A stretch of 61,241 nucleotides of DNA from an uncultured Bifidobacteriaceae bacterium (GTDB lineage Bacteria > Actinomycetota > Actinomycetes > S36-B12), in the NCBI GenBank assembly GCA_964597445.1, contig CAZQXO010000008.1, forward strand, positions 1 through 61,241. The letters are read 5' to 3'. The notes below the pieces were generated by a model. The model saw only the letters and a program-made list of their open reading frames with translations, was not told where the DNA came from and ran no database searches. Each line of letters opens with the position of its first letter. Positions within the stretch are counted from its first letter, which is position 1. Position numbers and translations under genes: made by a program. Below, piece by piece: positions 13,878 to 22,588 of the stretch.

Positions 13878-14723
13878 TCATCTGAACCCCTGCGCCCCGA
13901 AGTCGCCGCTCCGGGCCCCGTGCGCGAGGACGTACAGGATCACGGCCGCGGAGACCGCCGCGTTGAGGGACTCCACGCCCGCGGCCATCGGGATACGGAG
14001 CCTGACGTCGGCCCCTGCCAGCGCCTCATCGCTGGCCCCGTGGGCCTCGGAGCCGACGACGAAGCACGTGCTCGGGCCCACCACCCCCGAATCGACGGCG
14101 TCGAAGAGGGACTCCTCCCCCGCGCCGGTCGCCACAGCCAGAGCACGCCCGTGCGCCCGACTGTGGGCGATGATCTGGGCCATCGGAACATCCGTGCACA
14201 GGGGAACCCGGAAGAGCGATCCGGTGGTCGATCGGACGACCTTCCCGCTGTGGATGTCGGCGCACTCCGGCGTCAGGAGGACGCCCGCCACTCCGACGGC
14301 TTCCGCCGTGCGGATGATCGTGCCCACGTTGCCCGGGTCGGACACGCGATCCAGTACCAGGACGGGAGCGGGGACCTCGAAGATCTCGTCAAGCGCGGCC
14401 CCTGTGAGCAGGCTGCACACGGCGAGCAGGCCCTGCGGATGCTCCGTCTCGCCCAGGGCCGCCATCACGTGCGGCTCAGCGGTGACGATTCGGGCACCGG
14501 CGGCCTCGGCACTATCGACGAGGCCGGAGAAGACGACGCGGGCGTGATGGTCCACGAGCAGCTCGTGAACCAACACGCCCGCATCGAGGGCACTGCTGAG
14601 GGCCTGCGGCCCTTCGACCACGAACCGGCCGGCCTTGCGTCGACCCGAGCGCGAATGAAGCGCTCGAACCGCCTTGACCCGATCTGAGGACGTCGAGGTC
14701 AGGTGCGGCGTGTCGGCAGGCAC
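13878..14723 (-). CDS. TrmH/SpoU-family RNA 2'-O-methyltransferase (TsnR-like position after rplT)
   Basis: SpoU motifs DPGNVGTIIRTAEAVG, VVGSEAHGASDEAL and ESLNAAVSAAVILY. Start is uncertain: GTG at 14723 chosen, with a CTG at 14753 overlapping the rplT stop as an alternative. Confidence 0.8.
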   Translation of the reverse strand: MPADTPHLTSTSSDRVKAVRALHSRSGRRKAGRFVVEGPQALSSALDAGVLVHELLVDHHARVVFSGLVDSAEAAGARIVTAEPHVMAALGETEHPQGLLAVCSLLTGAALDEIFEVPAPVLVLDRVSDPGNVGTIIRTAEAVGVAGVLLTPECADIHSGKVVRSTTGSLFRVPLCTDVPMAQIIAHSRAHGRALAVATGAGEESLFDAVDSGVVGPSTCFVVGSEAHGASDEALAGADVRLRIPMAAGVESLNAAVSAAVILYVLAHGARSGDFGAQGFR

Positions 14724-14749
14724 AGCGTCCGGCGGCGTCGTGAGGACGT

Positions 14750-15118
14750 TCAGGCAGCCGCGGCCGGCAGGTTCGCGCGAGCCACGTCGACCAGCGCGGT
14801 GAACGCCGGGGCGTCGTTGACGGCGAGCTCGGCGAGCATGCGGCGATCCACCTCGACACCCGCGGCCTTGAGGCCCTGGATGAAGCGGTTGTACGTCATG
14901 CCGTTGGCGCGACATCCAGCATTGATGCGCTGGATCCACAGCCGACGGAAGTCCCCCTTGCGGGTGCGCCGATCGGCGTAGGCGTAGACGAGCGAGTGGG
15001 TCACCTGCTCCTTGGCCTTGCGGTACAGCCGTGAGCGCTGGCCACGGTAGCCGGACGCCCGCTCAAGGGTCTCGCGGCGCTTCTTCTGCGCATTCACTGC
15101 GCGCTTGACGCGTGCCAT
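14750..15118 (-). CDS. rplT: 50S ribosomal protein L20
   Basis: [39 protein letters not shown]..., 122 aa. AGGAG Shine-Dalgarno. Confidence 0.97.
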   Translation of the reverse strand: MARVKRAVNAQKKRRETLERASGYRGQRSRLYRKAKEQVTHSLVYAYADRRTRKGDFRRLWIQRINAGCRANGMTYNRFIQGLKAAGVEVDRRMLAELAVNDAPAFTALVDVARANLPAAAA

Positions 15119-15196
15119 GTCGTATCTCCTGTGTTTCGGTGGGTCAGTCGTGGGTGCCCTGCAGGGCGGAGGTCGCGTGCCGGGACGCGCGGGGCA

Positions 15197-15391
15197 TCAG
15201 TGCCCGAGCAGCTTCTTGGCCTTCTTGGCGTCTCCGGGTGCCAGAACCTTGTCGGCCTCCAGCTTGCGCTTGCGCTTGCTCGACTTGACCTCGAGCAGGT
15301 GGCGACGATTGGTCTGCTCGTGCGTGATCTTGCCCGAGCCGGTCACCTTGAAGCGCTTCTTTGCTCCACTGTGGGTCTTCTGCTTCGGCAT
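15197..15391 (-). CDS. rpmI: 50S ribosomal protein L35
   Basis: MPKQKTHSGAKKRFKVTGSGKITHEQTNRRHLLEVKSSKRKR, 64 aa. GAGGAAGG Shine-Dalgarno. Confidence 0.97.
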   Translation of the reverse strand: MPKQKTHSGAKKRFKVTGSGKITHEQTNRRHLLEVKSSKRKRKLEADKVLAPGDAKKAKKLLGH

Positions 15392-15413
15392 GGTGCCTTC
15401 CTCGTTCGTCCGG

Positions 15414-15454
15414 CCGGCCAGCGGCCGGGTTCCTGCCGGTCCAGGTCGGACCGG
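15414..15454 (-). promoter_or_regulatory. two tandem GC-rich hairpins in the infC-rpmI spacer (possible translational operator or attenuator)
   Basis: RNA sense: CCGGUCC-GACCU-GGACCGG (15436..15454) and CCGGCC-GCU-GGCCGG (15414..15428), immediately upstream of the rpmI Shine-Dalgarno. Confidence 0.25.
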
Positions 15455-15469
15455 ATGGTCGTGGGGTGG

Positions 15470-16054
15470 TCAGGCGCTCTCAGCGGCGATGTCGTCGTCC
15501 ATCTCCGGACGCGTCTTGGCGGCGTCACGGGCGACCTCGGACTTCTTCCGGTGAGGCGCCAGAACCATGATCATGTTGCGGCCGTCCTGCTTCGGAGTGG
15601 CCTCGACGAAGCCCAACTCGGTGACGTCCTCTGCGAGCTTGGCCAGCAGCCGCAGGCCCAGCTCCGGACGGCTCTGCTCACGACCGCGGAACATGATCGT
15701 GATCTTCACCTTGTCGCCCGCCTTCAGGAACCGCTCGACGTGACCCTTCTTGGTCTCGTAGTCGTGCTGGTCGATCTTCGGACGGAGCTTCATCTCCTTG
15801 ATGACCGTGTGCGTCTGGTTCTTGCGCGATTCGCGCTCCTTGAGCGCTGCCTCGTACTTGAACTTGCCGAAGTCCATGAGCTTGCAGACGGGCGGCTTGG
15901 CCATAGGGGCCACCTCGACGAGGTCGAGGTCGGCTTCCACGGCCAGGCGCAGGGCATCCTCGATGCGGACGATCCCGACCTGCTCGCCCGCAGGACCGAC
16001 GAGTCGGACCTCCGGCACGCGGATACGGTCATTGATACGTGGTTCGACGCTGAT
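15470..16054 (-). CDS. infC: translation initiation factor IF-3 (predicted AUC start)
   Basis: (M/I)[48 protein letters not shown] strong CGAGGAGG Shine-Dalgarno (16059..16066) sits 4 nt before ATC at 16054. The GTG at 16078 used by the ORF track has no Shine-Dalgarno and would add 8 residues not seen in IF-3 N-termini I recall. Confidence 0.9.
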   Translation of the reverse strand: MSVEPRINDRIRVPEVRLVGPAGEQVGIVRIEDALRLAVEADLDLVEVAPMAKPPVCKLMDFGKFKYEAALKERESRKNQTHTVIKEMKLRPKIDQHDYETKKGHVERFLKAGDKVKITIMFRGREQSRPELGLRLLAKLAEDVTELGFVEATPKQDGRNMIMVLAPHRKKSEVARDAAKTRPEMDDDIAAESA

Positions 16055-16277
16055 GGCGCCTCCTCGCTGCTCGATCACCAGACCTGCAGCCGGCGGGCGG
16101 GGCGCCCTCGGAGCAGCGCACGCGAAGGCCTCATCGGCACAGCCCCCAGGGCTGTGCGCTCGACCCGCGAGGCTTCGCGCGCACGAGCGCGTCGAGCGGC
16201 CAGCAGGTGGGAGTGAGGACTCCGCTTGCGCGACCCGGGTACGAGCCCCGGATCAGTCACGTGGAAGGGTACCAGCC

Positions 16278-16634
16278 GTGAGCGACTGGCCCGAATCCCC
16301 CGGCTCCCGCCCGCTCGACATCGCCGAGGTGCCGGCGGTCGAGGTGGTCCTCACGGTCGCCATGCACCTGATGTCGGCCGCGGCGGTCGCCTGCGGCCTC
16401 GCCGAGGCAAGCGCCGAGGAACCCGCCCCCGAGGCCGACCTGGCGGAGGCCCGCATCCTCATCACCGCCCTGGCCGGCCTCGTGACCTCGGCCGCTCCCC
16501 TGCTGGGCTCGATGCACGCTGCTCCCCTGCGGGATGGACTCCAGGCGCTGCAGCGGGCGTTCCGCGAGGCCTCGGTGATCCCCGATCCTCCCGGCATGGG
16601 GCCGGGCGAGGATCTCACCGGTCCGGTGCTCTAG
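16278..16634 (+). CDS. DUF1844-like small protein, divergent from infC
   Basis: GTG at 16278 preceded by GAAGGG. 118 aa: VSDWPESPGSRPLDIAEVPAVEVVLTVAMHLMSAAAVACGLAE...DLAEARILITALAGLV...LQALQRAF. It resembles the conserved small protein found next to infC in actinobacteria. The longer track ORF (15798..) is antisense to infC. Confidence 0.6.
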   Translation: MSDWPESPGSRPLDIAEVPAVEVVLTVAMHLMSAAAVACGLAEASAEEPAPEADLAEARILITALAGLVTSAAPLLGSMHAAPLRDGLQALQRAFREASVIPDPPGMGPGEDLTGPVL

Positions 16635-17341
16635 CCGGGGACGACGCCCAGGCCGCCCGGCACGAGTCGGGTGAGGTCGGCGCTCGACGACAGCAGGCGT
16701 CCGGCCTGCTGAGCCAGCTGATCCGGCCCGCGGCCGTCAGGATGGCCCCCGGCGGGTGTGGTGACGGTGACCAGGACATCCACGCCGACGTCGTTCGCAC
16801 GGACATCCCGGACGTCCAGCGCCACCCAGCCGTCGGAGGTCAGGACGGCCAGCGCCGCCTCGACGCGTGCCGACACGTCTGCCATGTCGAGCTCATCGCG
16901 CAGAATCTCGAGGGCCATGCCATCCAGGACCAGTCGGGCCGGGCCGGCTACATCGAGGATGATCGCGTCCGCGCCATCGTCCCGCGCCGCTCGCGCGAGG
17001 TCTCGGCCCCAGGCCGGGACCGGTCGGGCATCCGCTCGCCACCGGCCGACGGCATCGACACCCGTGAATGCGAGCATGCCTCGCCGACCGTCATCGCTCA
17101 CGAGGGAGACGACGGCCATGTGGCTGTCCTTGTCGGCACCTGACTCATCGACCTCGTCCAGGACCGCGACGACCGTGGCCAGCAGTCGTGCATCGCGCAG
17201 GGCTCGAGCCACGGATATGACCGGCATCTCTCCCGACGCGGCCAGCGATACGACGTGGCGCACCCAGGGAAGCGCCGCGCCGTCGTCGTCAGGAAAGGCA
17301 GGTTCGGCGAGTGAGCGTCCGGCGCCGTCGACTCCGTCCAT
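16631..17341 (-). CDS. SseB-family protein
   Basis: 236 aa with PDDDGAALPWV..., ARLLATVVAVLDEVDE..., DGRRGMLAFTGVDAVGRW and DAIILDVAGP. Pattern is typical of actinobacterial SseB-like proteins. Confidence 0.6.
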   Translation of the reverse strand: MDGVDGAGRSLAEPAFPDDDGAALPWVRHVVSLAASGEMPVISVARALRDARLLATVVAVLDEVDESGADKDSHMAVVSLVSDDGRRGMLAFTGVDAVGRWRADARPVPAWGRDLARAARDDGADAIILDVAGPARLVLDGMALEILRDELDMADVSARVEAALAVLTSDGWVALDVRDVRANDVGVDVLVTVTTPAGGHPDGRGPDQLAQQAGRLLSSSADLTRLVPGGLGVVPG

Positions 17342-17353
17342 CTGAACGCCGGA

Positions 17354-18199
17354 TCAGAGGCGGCAGGCGTGGATGTCGGTGACGAGGATGCCGCGTGCCC
17401 CGAGGTCGTAGAGCTCGTCCATGACCCGGTGCACGTCCGCAGCCGGCACCATGGCCCGCACGGCGGACCAGCCCGGGTCGTGCAGGGACGACACCGTGGG
17501 TGACTCGATGCCGGGGGTGAGCTCGCAAGCACGATCGAGATGCTCGGAGCGGATGTCGTAGTCAACCAGCACGTAGGACCGGGCCACCATGACGCTGTGG
17601 AGTCGGCGCAGGAAGGTCTCGACCGCGGGAACCTCTGCAGCGCCGGTGCGGCGGATGACGAGCGCCTCGGACACCAGGATCGGATCACCCACCAGTTCGA
17701 GCCCGGCCTTGCGAAGGGTCGTGCCGGTGGCCACGACGTCAGCCACAGCGTCGGCGACGCCCAGTGCCACGGCATTCTCGACGGCTCCATCGAGCTTCAC
17801 GACGCGAGCATCGATCTGCTCGCGGGCGAGGTAGTCCTCGAGCACGCCGGCATAGGACGTGGCAATGGTCATGCCGTCCAGGTCTGCCGGGGTGGTGGCG
17901 CGGCCCCGGGGCGCCGCGAGCCGGAAGGTAGACGGAGCGAAACCGAGTGCCAGGATCTCGTCGGCCTGGGCCCGCGAGTCGAGCAGCATGTCGCGACCCG
18001 TGATGCCCGCGTCGAGGGTTCCCTCGCCCACATAGATCGCGATATCGCGGGGCCGCAGGAAGAAGAACTCCACATCGTTGTCGGGATCCTGCACGACCAA
18101 TTCACGCGTGCTGGCGCTGCGGAGGTATCCCGCCTCCATGAGCATGCCACGTGCTGGCTCGGCCAGCTGGCCCTTGTTCGGTACGGCGACGCGCAGCAT
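17354..18199 (-). CDS. hisG: ATP phosphoribosyltransferase (long form)
   Basis: MLRVAVPNKGQLAEPARGMLMEAGY..., 281 aa including the C-terminal regulatory domain. Confidence 0.95.
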   Translation of the reverse strand: MLRVAVPNKGQLAEPARGMLMEAGYLRSASTRELVVQDPDNDVEFFFLRPRDIAIYVGEGTLDAGITGRDMLLDSRAQADEILALGFAPSTFRLAAPRGRATTPADLDGMTIATSYAGVLEDYLAREQIDARVVKLDGAVENAVALGVADAVADVVATGTTLRKAGLELVGDPILVSEALVIRRTGAAEVPAVETFLRRLHSVMVARSYVLVDYDIRSEHLDRACELTPGIESPTVSSLHDPGWSAVRAMVPAADVHRVMDELYDLGARGILVTDIHACRL

Positions 18200-18200
18200 G

Positions 18201-18464
18201 TCAGAGCCTTCGGTAGACGTCGTCCAGGCTCACGCCTGCGGCAAGCATCATCACCTGCAGGTGGTAGAGGAGCTGCGAGATCTCCTCAGCCGTGCGCTCA
18301 CGACCCTCGTGCTCCGCAGCCATCCAGACCTCGGCTGCCTCCTCGACGATCTTCTTCCCGATCGCGTGGACTCCCGCATCCACCAGGCGAGTCGTGCCGG
18401 ACTCCTCCTCGCGGAAGGTGATCTTCTGGTTCAACTCTGCATAGAGCTCGTCGAAGGTCTTCAC
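18201..18464 (-). CDS. hisE: phosphoribosyl-ATP pyrophosphatase
   Basis: (M)[10 protein letters not shown]...[19 protein letters not shown]...[13 protein letters not shown], 87 aa. Confidence 0.93.
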   Translation of the reverse strand: MKTFDELYAELNQKITFREEESGTTRLVDAGVHAIGKKIVEEAAEVWMAAEHEGRERTAEEISQLLYHLQVMMLAAGVSLDDVYRRL

Positions 18465-18477
18465 AGCCGCAAGCCTA
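18465..18477 (-). promoter_or_regulatory. -10-like TAGGCT 7 nt upstream of the hisE GTG (leaderless-type promoter)
   Basis: Coding sense reads AATAGGCTTGCGGCT-GTG. No Shine-Dalgarno. The element lies 18 nt after the ribH stop. Confidence 0.4.
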
Positions 18478-18494
18478 TTGAGGCCGCGCCCGGA

Positions 18495-18977
18495 TCAGCC
18501 ATCACCCCTGCACGCACGCAGGACGACCGCCGTCATGATGGCTGCTGAGGCCGCCTCGGCCCCCTTGTCCTCGACCGACCCCGACAGGCCGGCTCGGTCG
18601 AGCGCCTGCGCCTCGTTGTCGGTCGTGAGCACCCCGAATCCGACCGGGGTGCGCGCATCGAGGGCGACGCGAGTGAGGCCGTCCGTCGTCGCCTTGGCCA
18701 CGAATTCGAAGTGGGGGGTTCCGCCACGGATGATGACTCCGAGGCACACGACCGCATCCACGTCGGGGTCGGACGCCACCTCCTGAGCAACGACGGGCAG
18801 TTCGAAGCTCCCCGGAACTCGGACGAGTCGATGTGTCGCACCGAGTCGATCGCACTCACGTTCCGCCCCGGCGATGAGGCCGTCCATGACGACGTCGTGC
18901 CAGGACGCCGCCACGATGACGATCGAGAGCCCGGAGCCGTCGACATCGACGGCCGGTCCTGCACCCCCGCTCATCAC
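18495..18977 (-). CDS. ribH: 6,7-dimethyl-8-ribityllumazine synthase
   Basis: 160 aa with [22 protein letters not shown] and [14 protein letters not shown]. Confidence 0.95.
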   Translation of the reverse strand: MMSGGAGPAVDVDGSGLSIVIVAASWHDVVMDGLIAGAERECDRLGATHRLVRVPGSFELPVVAQEVASDPDVDAVVCLGVIIRGGTPHFEFVAKATTDGLTRVALDARTPVGFGVLTTDNEAQALDRAGLSGSVEDKGAEAASAAIMTAVVLRACRGDG

Positions 18978-20284
18978 GATCCTCCTTCGCCGAGCACGTG
19001 TCCCATGCGTTCGGCCTTTGTCTGCAGGTACGCCTCGTTGTGGGGATTGGGCGCAACGGTCAGCGGCACGCGCTCGACGATGGTCAGTCCGTAGCCCTCG
19101 AGACCGGCACGCTTGGCGGGGTTGTTCGTCAGCAGTCTCATGCTTCGGATGCCCAGATCCGCGAGGATGGAGGCACCGGTGCCGTAGTCGCGTGCGTCGG
19201 CTGGAAGCCCGAGCTCGAGGTTCGCATCGACCGTGTCGTGACCGGCGTCCTGCAGTGTGTAGGCCTGGAGTTTGTGGAGCAGGCCGATTCCGCGTCCCTC
19301 GTGGCCCTTGACGTAGAGGACGACACCACGACCGTGTTCGGCCACCGCCCGCATGGCGGCCTGAAGCTGGGGACCACAGTCGCAGCGGAGTGACCCGAAG
19401 ACATCACCCGTGAGGCACTCCGAGTGCACTCGGACGAGCACATCGGTGCCGTCGCCGATGTCGCCACGGACGAGCGCCACGTGCTCAGAGCCGTCGACCT
19501 CACTTCGGTAGCCGTGCGCCACGAAATCGCCGAACTCCGTCGGGAGCGTTGCGACGGCCTCCTTCGTGACGAGAACCTCTCTCGCCCGCCGGTACCGGAT
19601 CATGTCGGCGATCGAGATCATGGTGAGGCCATGCTGATCGGCGAACGCACGGCACTCCGGCGCCCTCATCATGGTGCCGTCATCGTTCACCATCTCGCAG
19701 AGCGCACCCGACGGCGTGAGGCCCGCCATCCGGGCCAGGTCGACGGCCGCCTCCGTATGCCCGGCCCGTCGCAGGACTCCCCCCGTCACCGCCCTCAAGG
19801 GCATGACGTGCCCCGGCCGCGTGAGATCGAAGGGCTCCGTCGCTGAATCGGACAGCACCCGGATCGTGTGCGCTCGATCCTCCGCTGAGATCCCGGTACC
19901 GATGACGTCACGGGCATCGACGCTGACGGAGTAGGCCGTCCCCTTGCGATCCTCGTTCACAGCCGTCATGGGAGGCAGGTTGAGGCGATCGAGAGTCGCA
20001 CCCTCCATGCCGACGCAGATGTAGCCGGAGGTGTAGCGGATCATGAAGGTCGCGAGCTCGGCCGTCGCCTTGGACCCGGCGAAGATGAGATCGCCCTCGT
20101 TCTCGCGATCCTCGTCATCCACAACGATGACGGCTTCACCCCGGGCGATGGCCGCGATCGCCTCCTCGACCGAATCCAGCCTGACCCCATCGGTGCTGCG
20201 TGCGGCATGCGAACGCGGATGCTCCTGTGATGCCCGGGCGACAGGCTCCTCCACCTCCGAGAAGAGCTCATCTGCCGGAATCAT
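18974..20284 (-). CDS. ribBA: bifunctional 3,4-dihydroxy-2-butanone-4-phosphate synthase / GTP cyclohydrolase II
   Basis: DHBP-synthase half [16 protein letters not shown] and GCH-II half [27 protein letters not shown] at 20284 has a GGAGGAG Shine-Dalgarno and overlaps the ribE stop (ATGA). Confidence 0.95.
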   Translation of the reverse strand: MIPADELFSEVEEPVARASQEHPRSHAARSTDGVRLDSVEEAIAAIARGEAVIVVDDEDRENEGDLIFAGSKATAELATFMIRYTSGYICVGMEGATLDRLNLPPMTAVNEDRKGTAYSVSVDARDVIGTGISAEDRAHTIRVLSDSATEPFDLTRPGHVMPLRAVTGGVLRRAGHTEAAVDLARMAGLTPSGALCEMVNDDGTMMRAPECRAFADQHGLTMISIADMIRYRRAREVLVTKEAVATLPTEFGDFVAHGYRSEVDGSEHVALVRGDIGDGTDVLVRVHSECLTGDVFGSLRCDCGPQLQAAMRAVAEHGRGVVLYVKGHEGRGIGLLHKLQAYTLQDAGHDTVDANLELGLPADARDYGTGASILADLGIRSMRLLTNNPAKRAGLEGYGLTIVERVPLTVAPNPHNEAYLQTKAERMGHVLGEGGS

Positions 20285-20877
20285 GTGCTCCTCCACTGGA
20301 TCAGCCGCTCCACGTACTTCGCCAGAGCATCCACTTCGATGTTGACAGGGTCCCCCACTCTACGAGTGCCCAGAATCGACTCCGCCAGAGTCGTGGGGAT
20401 CAGCGACACGTCGAACGCATCATCCGTCACATCGACGACCGTCAGGGAGACGCCGTCGACAGCGATCGACCCCTTCTCGACCACGTATCGAGCGAGATCG
20501 CCGGGGAGGGAGATGCGCATCATCGTCCAGTGCTCTGATGGGTCGATCGACACGACGGCGCCCATACCGTCGACGTGGCCCTGCACGAGATGGCCGCCGA
20601 TCCGTGAATCGAGGCGCGCCGCTCGCTCGAGGTTGACCTCGGCACCGGGTACCGCGATGGACAGCGAGGTTCGACTCAGGGTCTCAGCCATGACATCGGC
20701 CGTGAACGAGTCGTCGAGGAGCTCCAGCACGGTGAGGCACACACCGTTCACCGCGATCGAATCCCCGGGTCGAGTTCCCTCGAGGACCACCGAGCCCCGC
20801 ACGCGGATGCGTGCCGCATCGTCCAGCGGCTCGACCGCGTCGACCCGCCCGCGCTCCTCAACGATCCCGGTGAACAT
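20281..20877 (-). CDS. ribE: riboflavin synthase alpha chain
   Basis: [12 protein letters not shown]... with two lumazine-binding repeats (NGVCLTV and DGVSLTV). Start trimmed to the ATG at 20877. Confidence 0.93.
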   Translation of the reverse strand: MFTGIVEERGRVDAVEPLDDAARIRVRGSVVLEGTRPGDSIAVNGVCLTVLELLDDSFTADVMAETLSRTSLSIAVPGAEVNLERAARLDSRIGGHLVQGHVDGMGAVVSIDPSEHWTMMRISLPGDLARYVVEKGSIAVDGVSLTVVDVTDDAFDVSLIPTTLAESILGTRRVGDPVNIEVDALAKYVERLIQWRST

Positions 20878-21886
20878 CGATCTCCCCTTCCCAGACGACA
20901 TCCTCCCGCACCACTCGAGTCCGCCTCACGCGGACGTCGACGTCACGCGCCAAGGGCGGTAGAGCGGCGGGACCGCCTCCGAGGATCACGGGTGCCATGA
21001 ACCACAGGACCTCGTCGGCGAGGCCGGCGTCGAGCAGTGCGCCCTCGATGGTCGGGCCCCCTTCGACAAGGACGTGCTGGATGCCGCGCGCATGGAGGTC
21101 CTGGAGCAGCCGGACGAGGTCGCGATCGGCGAAGATCCACGTCTCTGCGCTGTCATCGAGGACGCGAGCATCGGGCGGCACCGTCGTGCGACCGACCACG
21201 ACCCGCAGGGGCTGACCGGCGCGGAGATCGCCCTGAGGCTCCCGGGCGGTGAGCTGGGGATCATCGGCCAGGACCGTTCCCGTGCCGACGAGGATCGCAT
21301 CGACGCGACTCCTCCACTGGTGGGACACCTCGCGTGCTGCAGGACCGGTGAGCTGGGTCGGGCCTCCGGACTCGTCGGCGACGCGACCGTCGAGGCTGAC
21401 CGCTGATTTCAGCGTGACCCAGGGTCGCTTCCGCTCAGCAGACGAGAGCCAGGCGCGTGCCACCCAGCGCGCATCTGCCTCCTTGACGCCCGGAACGACC
21501 TCGATCCCAGCCCGGCGCAGGTCGTCGGCTCCTCCTCCTGCAGCGTCCGTGGGATCGGCCACGGCGAACACGACCCGTGCTACGCCCGCCGCGATGAGTG
21601 CCTCGGTGCACGGTCCCGTGCGCCCGGTGTGGCGGCAGGGCTCGAGGGTGACGACGGCCGTGCCTCCGCGGGCCCGCCCAGCGGCCTCGGCCAGGGCAAC
21701 CCCCTCCGCATGCGACGTCCCCGCTCCACGATGACTCCCTCGACCCACGACCTCCCCGCCAGCATCGAGCACGACGCATCCCACGCGGGGATTGCCGTGC
21801 ATGGCCCAGGCTCCCTCATCGGCGAGGTCGATCGCCTCCTTCATGGCGACGGACCACGCGGATGGGTCATCGCGCGGCTCATCCAT
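20858..21886 (-). CDS. ribD: bifunctional diaminohydroxyphosphoribosylaminopyrimidine deaminase / 5-amino-6-(5-phosphoribosylamino)uracil reductase
   Basis: Deaminase zinc motifs HAEGVAL and PCRHTGRTGPC, followed by the reductase domain. ATG at 21886 shares 1 nt with the rpe stop. The 150 upstream codons in the track ORF are G/R-rich and antisense-like. Confidence 0.92.
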   Translation of the reverse strand: MDEPRDDPSAWSVAMKEAIDLADEGAWAMHGNPRVGCVVLDAGGEVVGRGSHRGAGTSHAEGVALAEAAGRARGGTAVVTLEPCRHTGRTGPCTEALIAAGVARVVFAVADPTDAAGGGADDLRRAGIEVVPGVKEADARWVARAWLSSAERKRPWVTLKSAVSLDGRVADESGGPTQLTGPAAREVSHQWRSRVDAILVGTGTVLADDPQLTAREPQGDLRAGQPLRVVVGRTTVPPDARVLDDSAETWIFADRDLVRLLQDLHARGIQHVLVEGGPTIEGALLDAGLADEVLWFMAPVILGGGPAALPPLARDVDVRVRRTRVVREDVVWEGEIDVHRDR

Positions 21887-22554
21887 CACGGTCGCGCAGC
21901 GTTCTCGGCATCGGCTCGGAGACGCTCCACCATCGCCGCCGGATCGTCGGCGCGGAACACCGCGGATCCTGCGACGAAGACGTCGGCCCCCGCTGCCGCC
22001 GCAAGCTCGATGGTGCCCGGTCCGATGCCGCCATCGACCTGGACCCAGATGTCGGCATCGGAGGCATCCGCCACCCGCCGCGCCTGTCGCACCTTGGGCA
22101 GCATGTCCTCCATGAACGCCTGGCCACCGAAGCCCGGCTCGACGGTCATCACGAGGATCATGTCCACGTAGCGCACCACGTCGGCGATGGCCTCCATGGG
22201 CGTCTCGGGCTTGAGCGCCACACCCACGCGCGCACCTCCTGCCCGAACATCCCGAGCCACGCGCACGGGCGACGACGTGGCCTCCACATGGAAGGTCACG
22301 CTCGCAGCGCCAGCCTCCGCGTAGCTCGGTGCCCACCGGCCCGGGTCATCGATCATCAGGTGGCAGTCGGCAGGCGTGTCGATGTGTTGGAGAAGGCTCT
22401 CGATCACCGGAAGCCCGAAGGTCAGATTGGGGACGAAGTGGTTGTCCATGACGTCGAGGTGCACCCAGTCCGCCACCGATGCGATCCGTGACACCTCATC
22501 CGCCAGACGCGACAGGTCGGTGTTCAGGACGCTCGGTGAGATCAGCATGCCCAT
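21886..22554 (-). CDS. rpe: ribulose-phosphate 3-epimerase
   Basis: 222 aa with ISPSVLNTD, HLDVMDNHFVPN and MTVEPGFGGQAF. Confidence 0.95.
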   Translation of the reverse strand: MGMLISPSVLNTDLSRLADEVSRIASVADWVHLDVMDNHFVPNLTFGLPVIESLLQHIDTPADCHLMIDDPGRWAPSYAEAGAASVTFHVEATSSPVRVARDVRAGGARVGVALKPETPMEAIADVVRYVDMILVMTVEPGFGGQAFMEDMLPKVRQARRVADASDADIWVQVDGGIGPGTIELAAAAGADVFVAGSAVFRADDPAAMVERLRADAENAARP

Positions 22555-22566
22555 GGGGGCAGGCTA
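22555..22566 (-). promoter_or_regulatory. -10-like TAGCCT 6 nt upstream of the rpe ATG (leaderless-type promoter for rpe-rib genes)
   Basis: Coding sense reads CGACTAGCCTGCCCCC-ATG. No Shine-Dalgarno. The gap to the upstream gene is only 34 nt. Confidence 0.4.
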
Positions 22567-22588
22567 GTCGGGTGCCCCACCTGACGCG

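Noticed and set aside
12029-13885. 618-aa plus-strand ORF across cysD and the orphan gene
   Set aside because: It is antisense to cysD, which has clear homology. The sequence is R/G/P/L-rich and low-complexity. It is a shadow ORF.
14750-14753. CTG start for the TrmH-like gene overlapping the rplT stop (CTGA)
   Set aside because: This is possible, but a GTG at 14723 gives a conventional start and still precedes all conserved SpoU-family sequence. The evidence cannot decide between them.
20858-22588. FMN (RFN) riboswitch expected upstream of riboflavin genes
   Set aside because: rpe, ribD, ribE, ribBA and ribH all overlap or abut, and the only upstream gap is 34 nt. An RFN element of ~120 nt or more cannot fit, and I saw no RFN-like conserved core in the region. 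cmsearch with the FMN model would confirm this.
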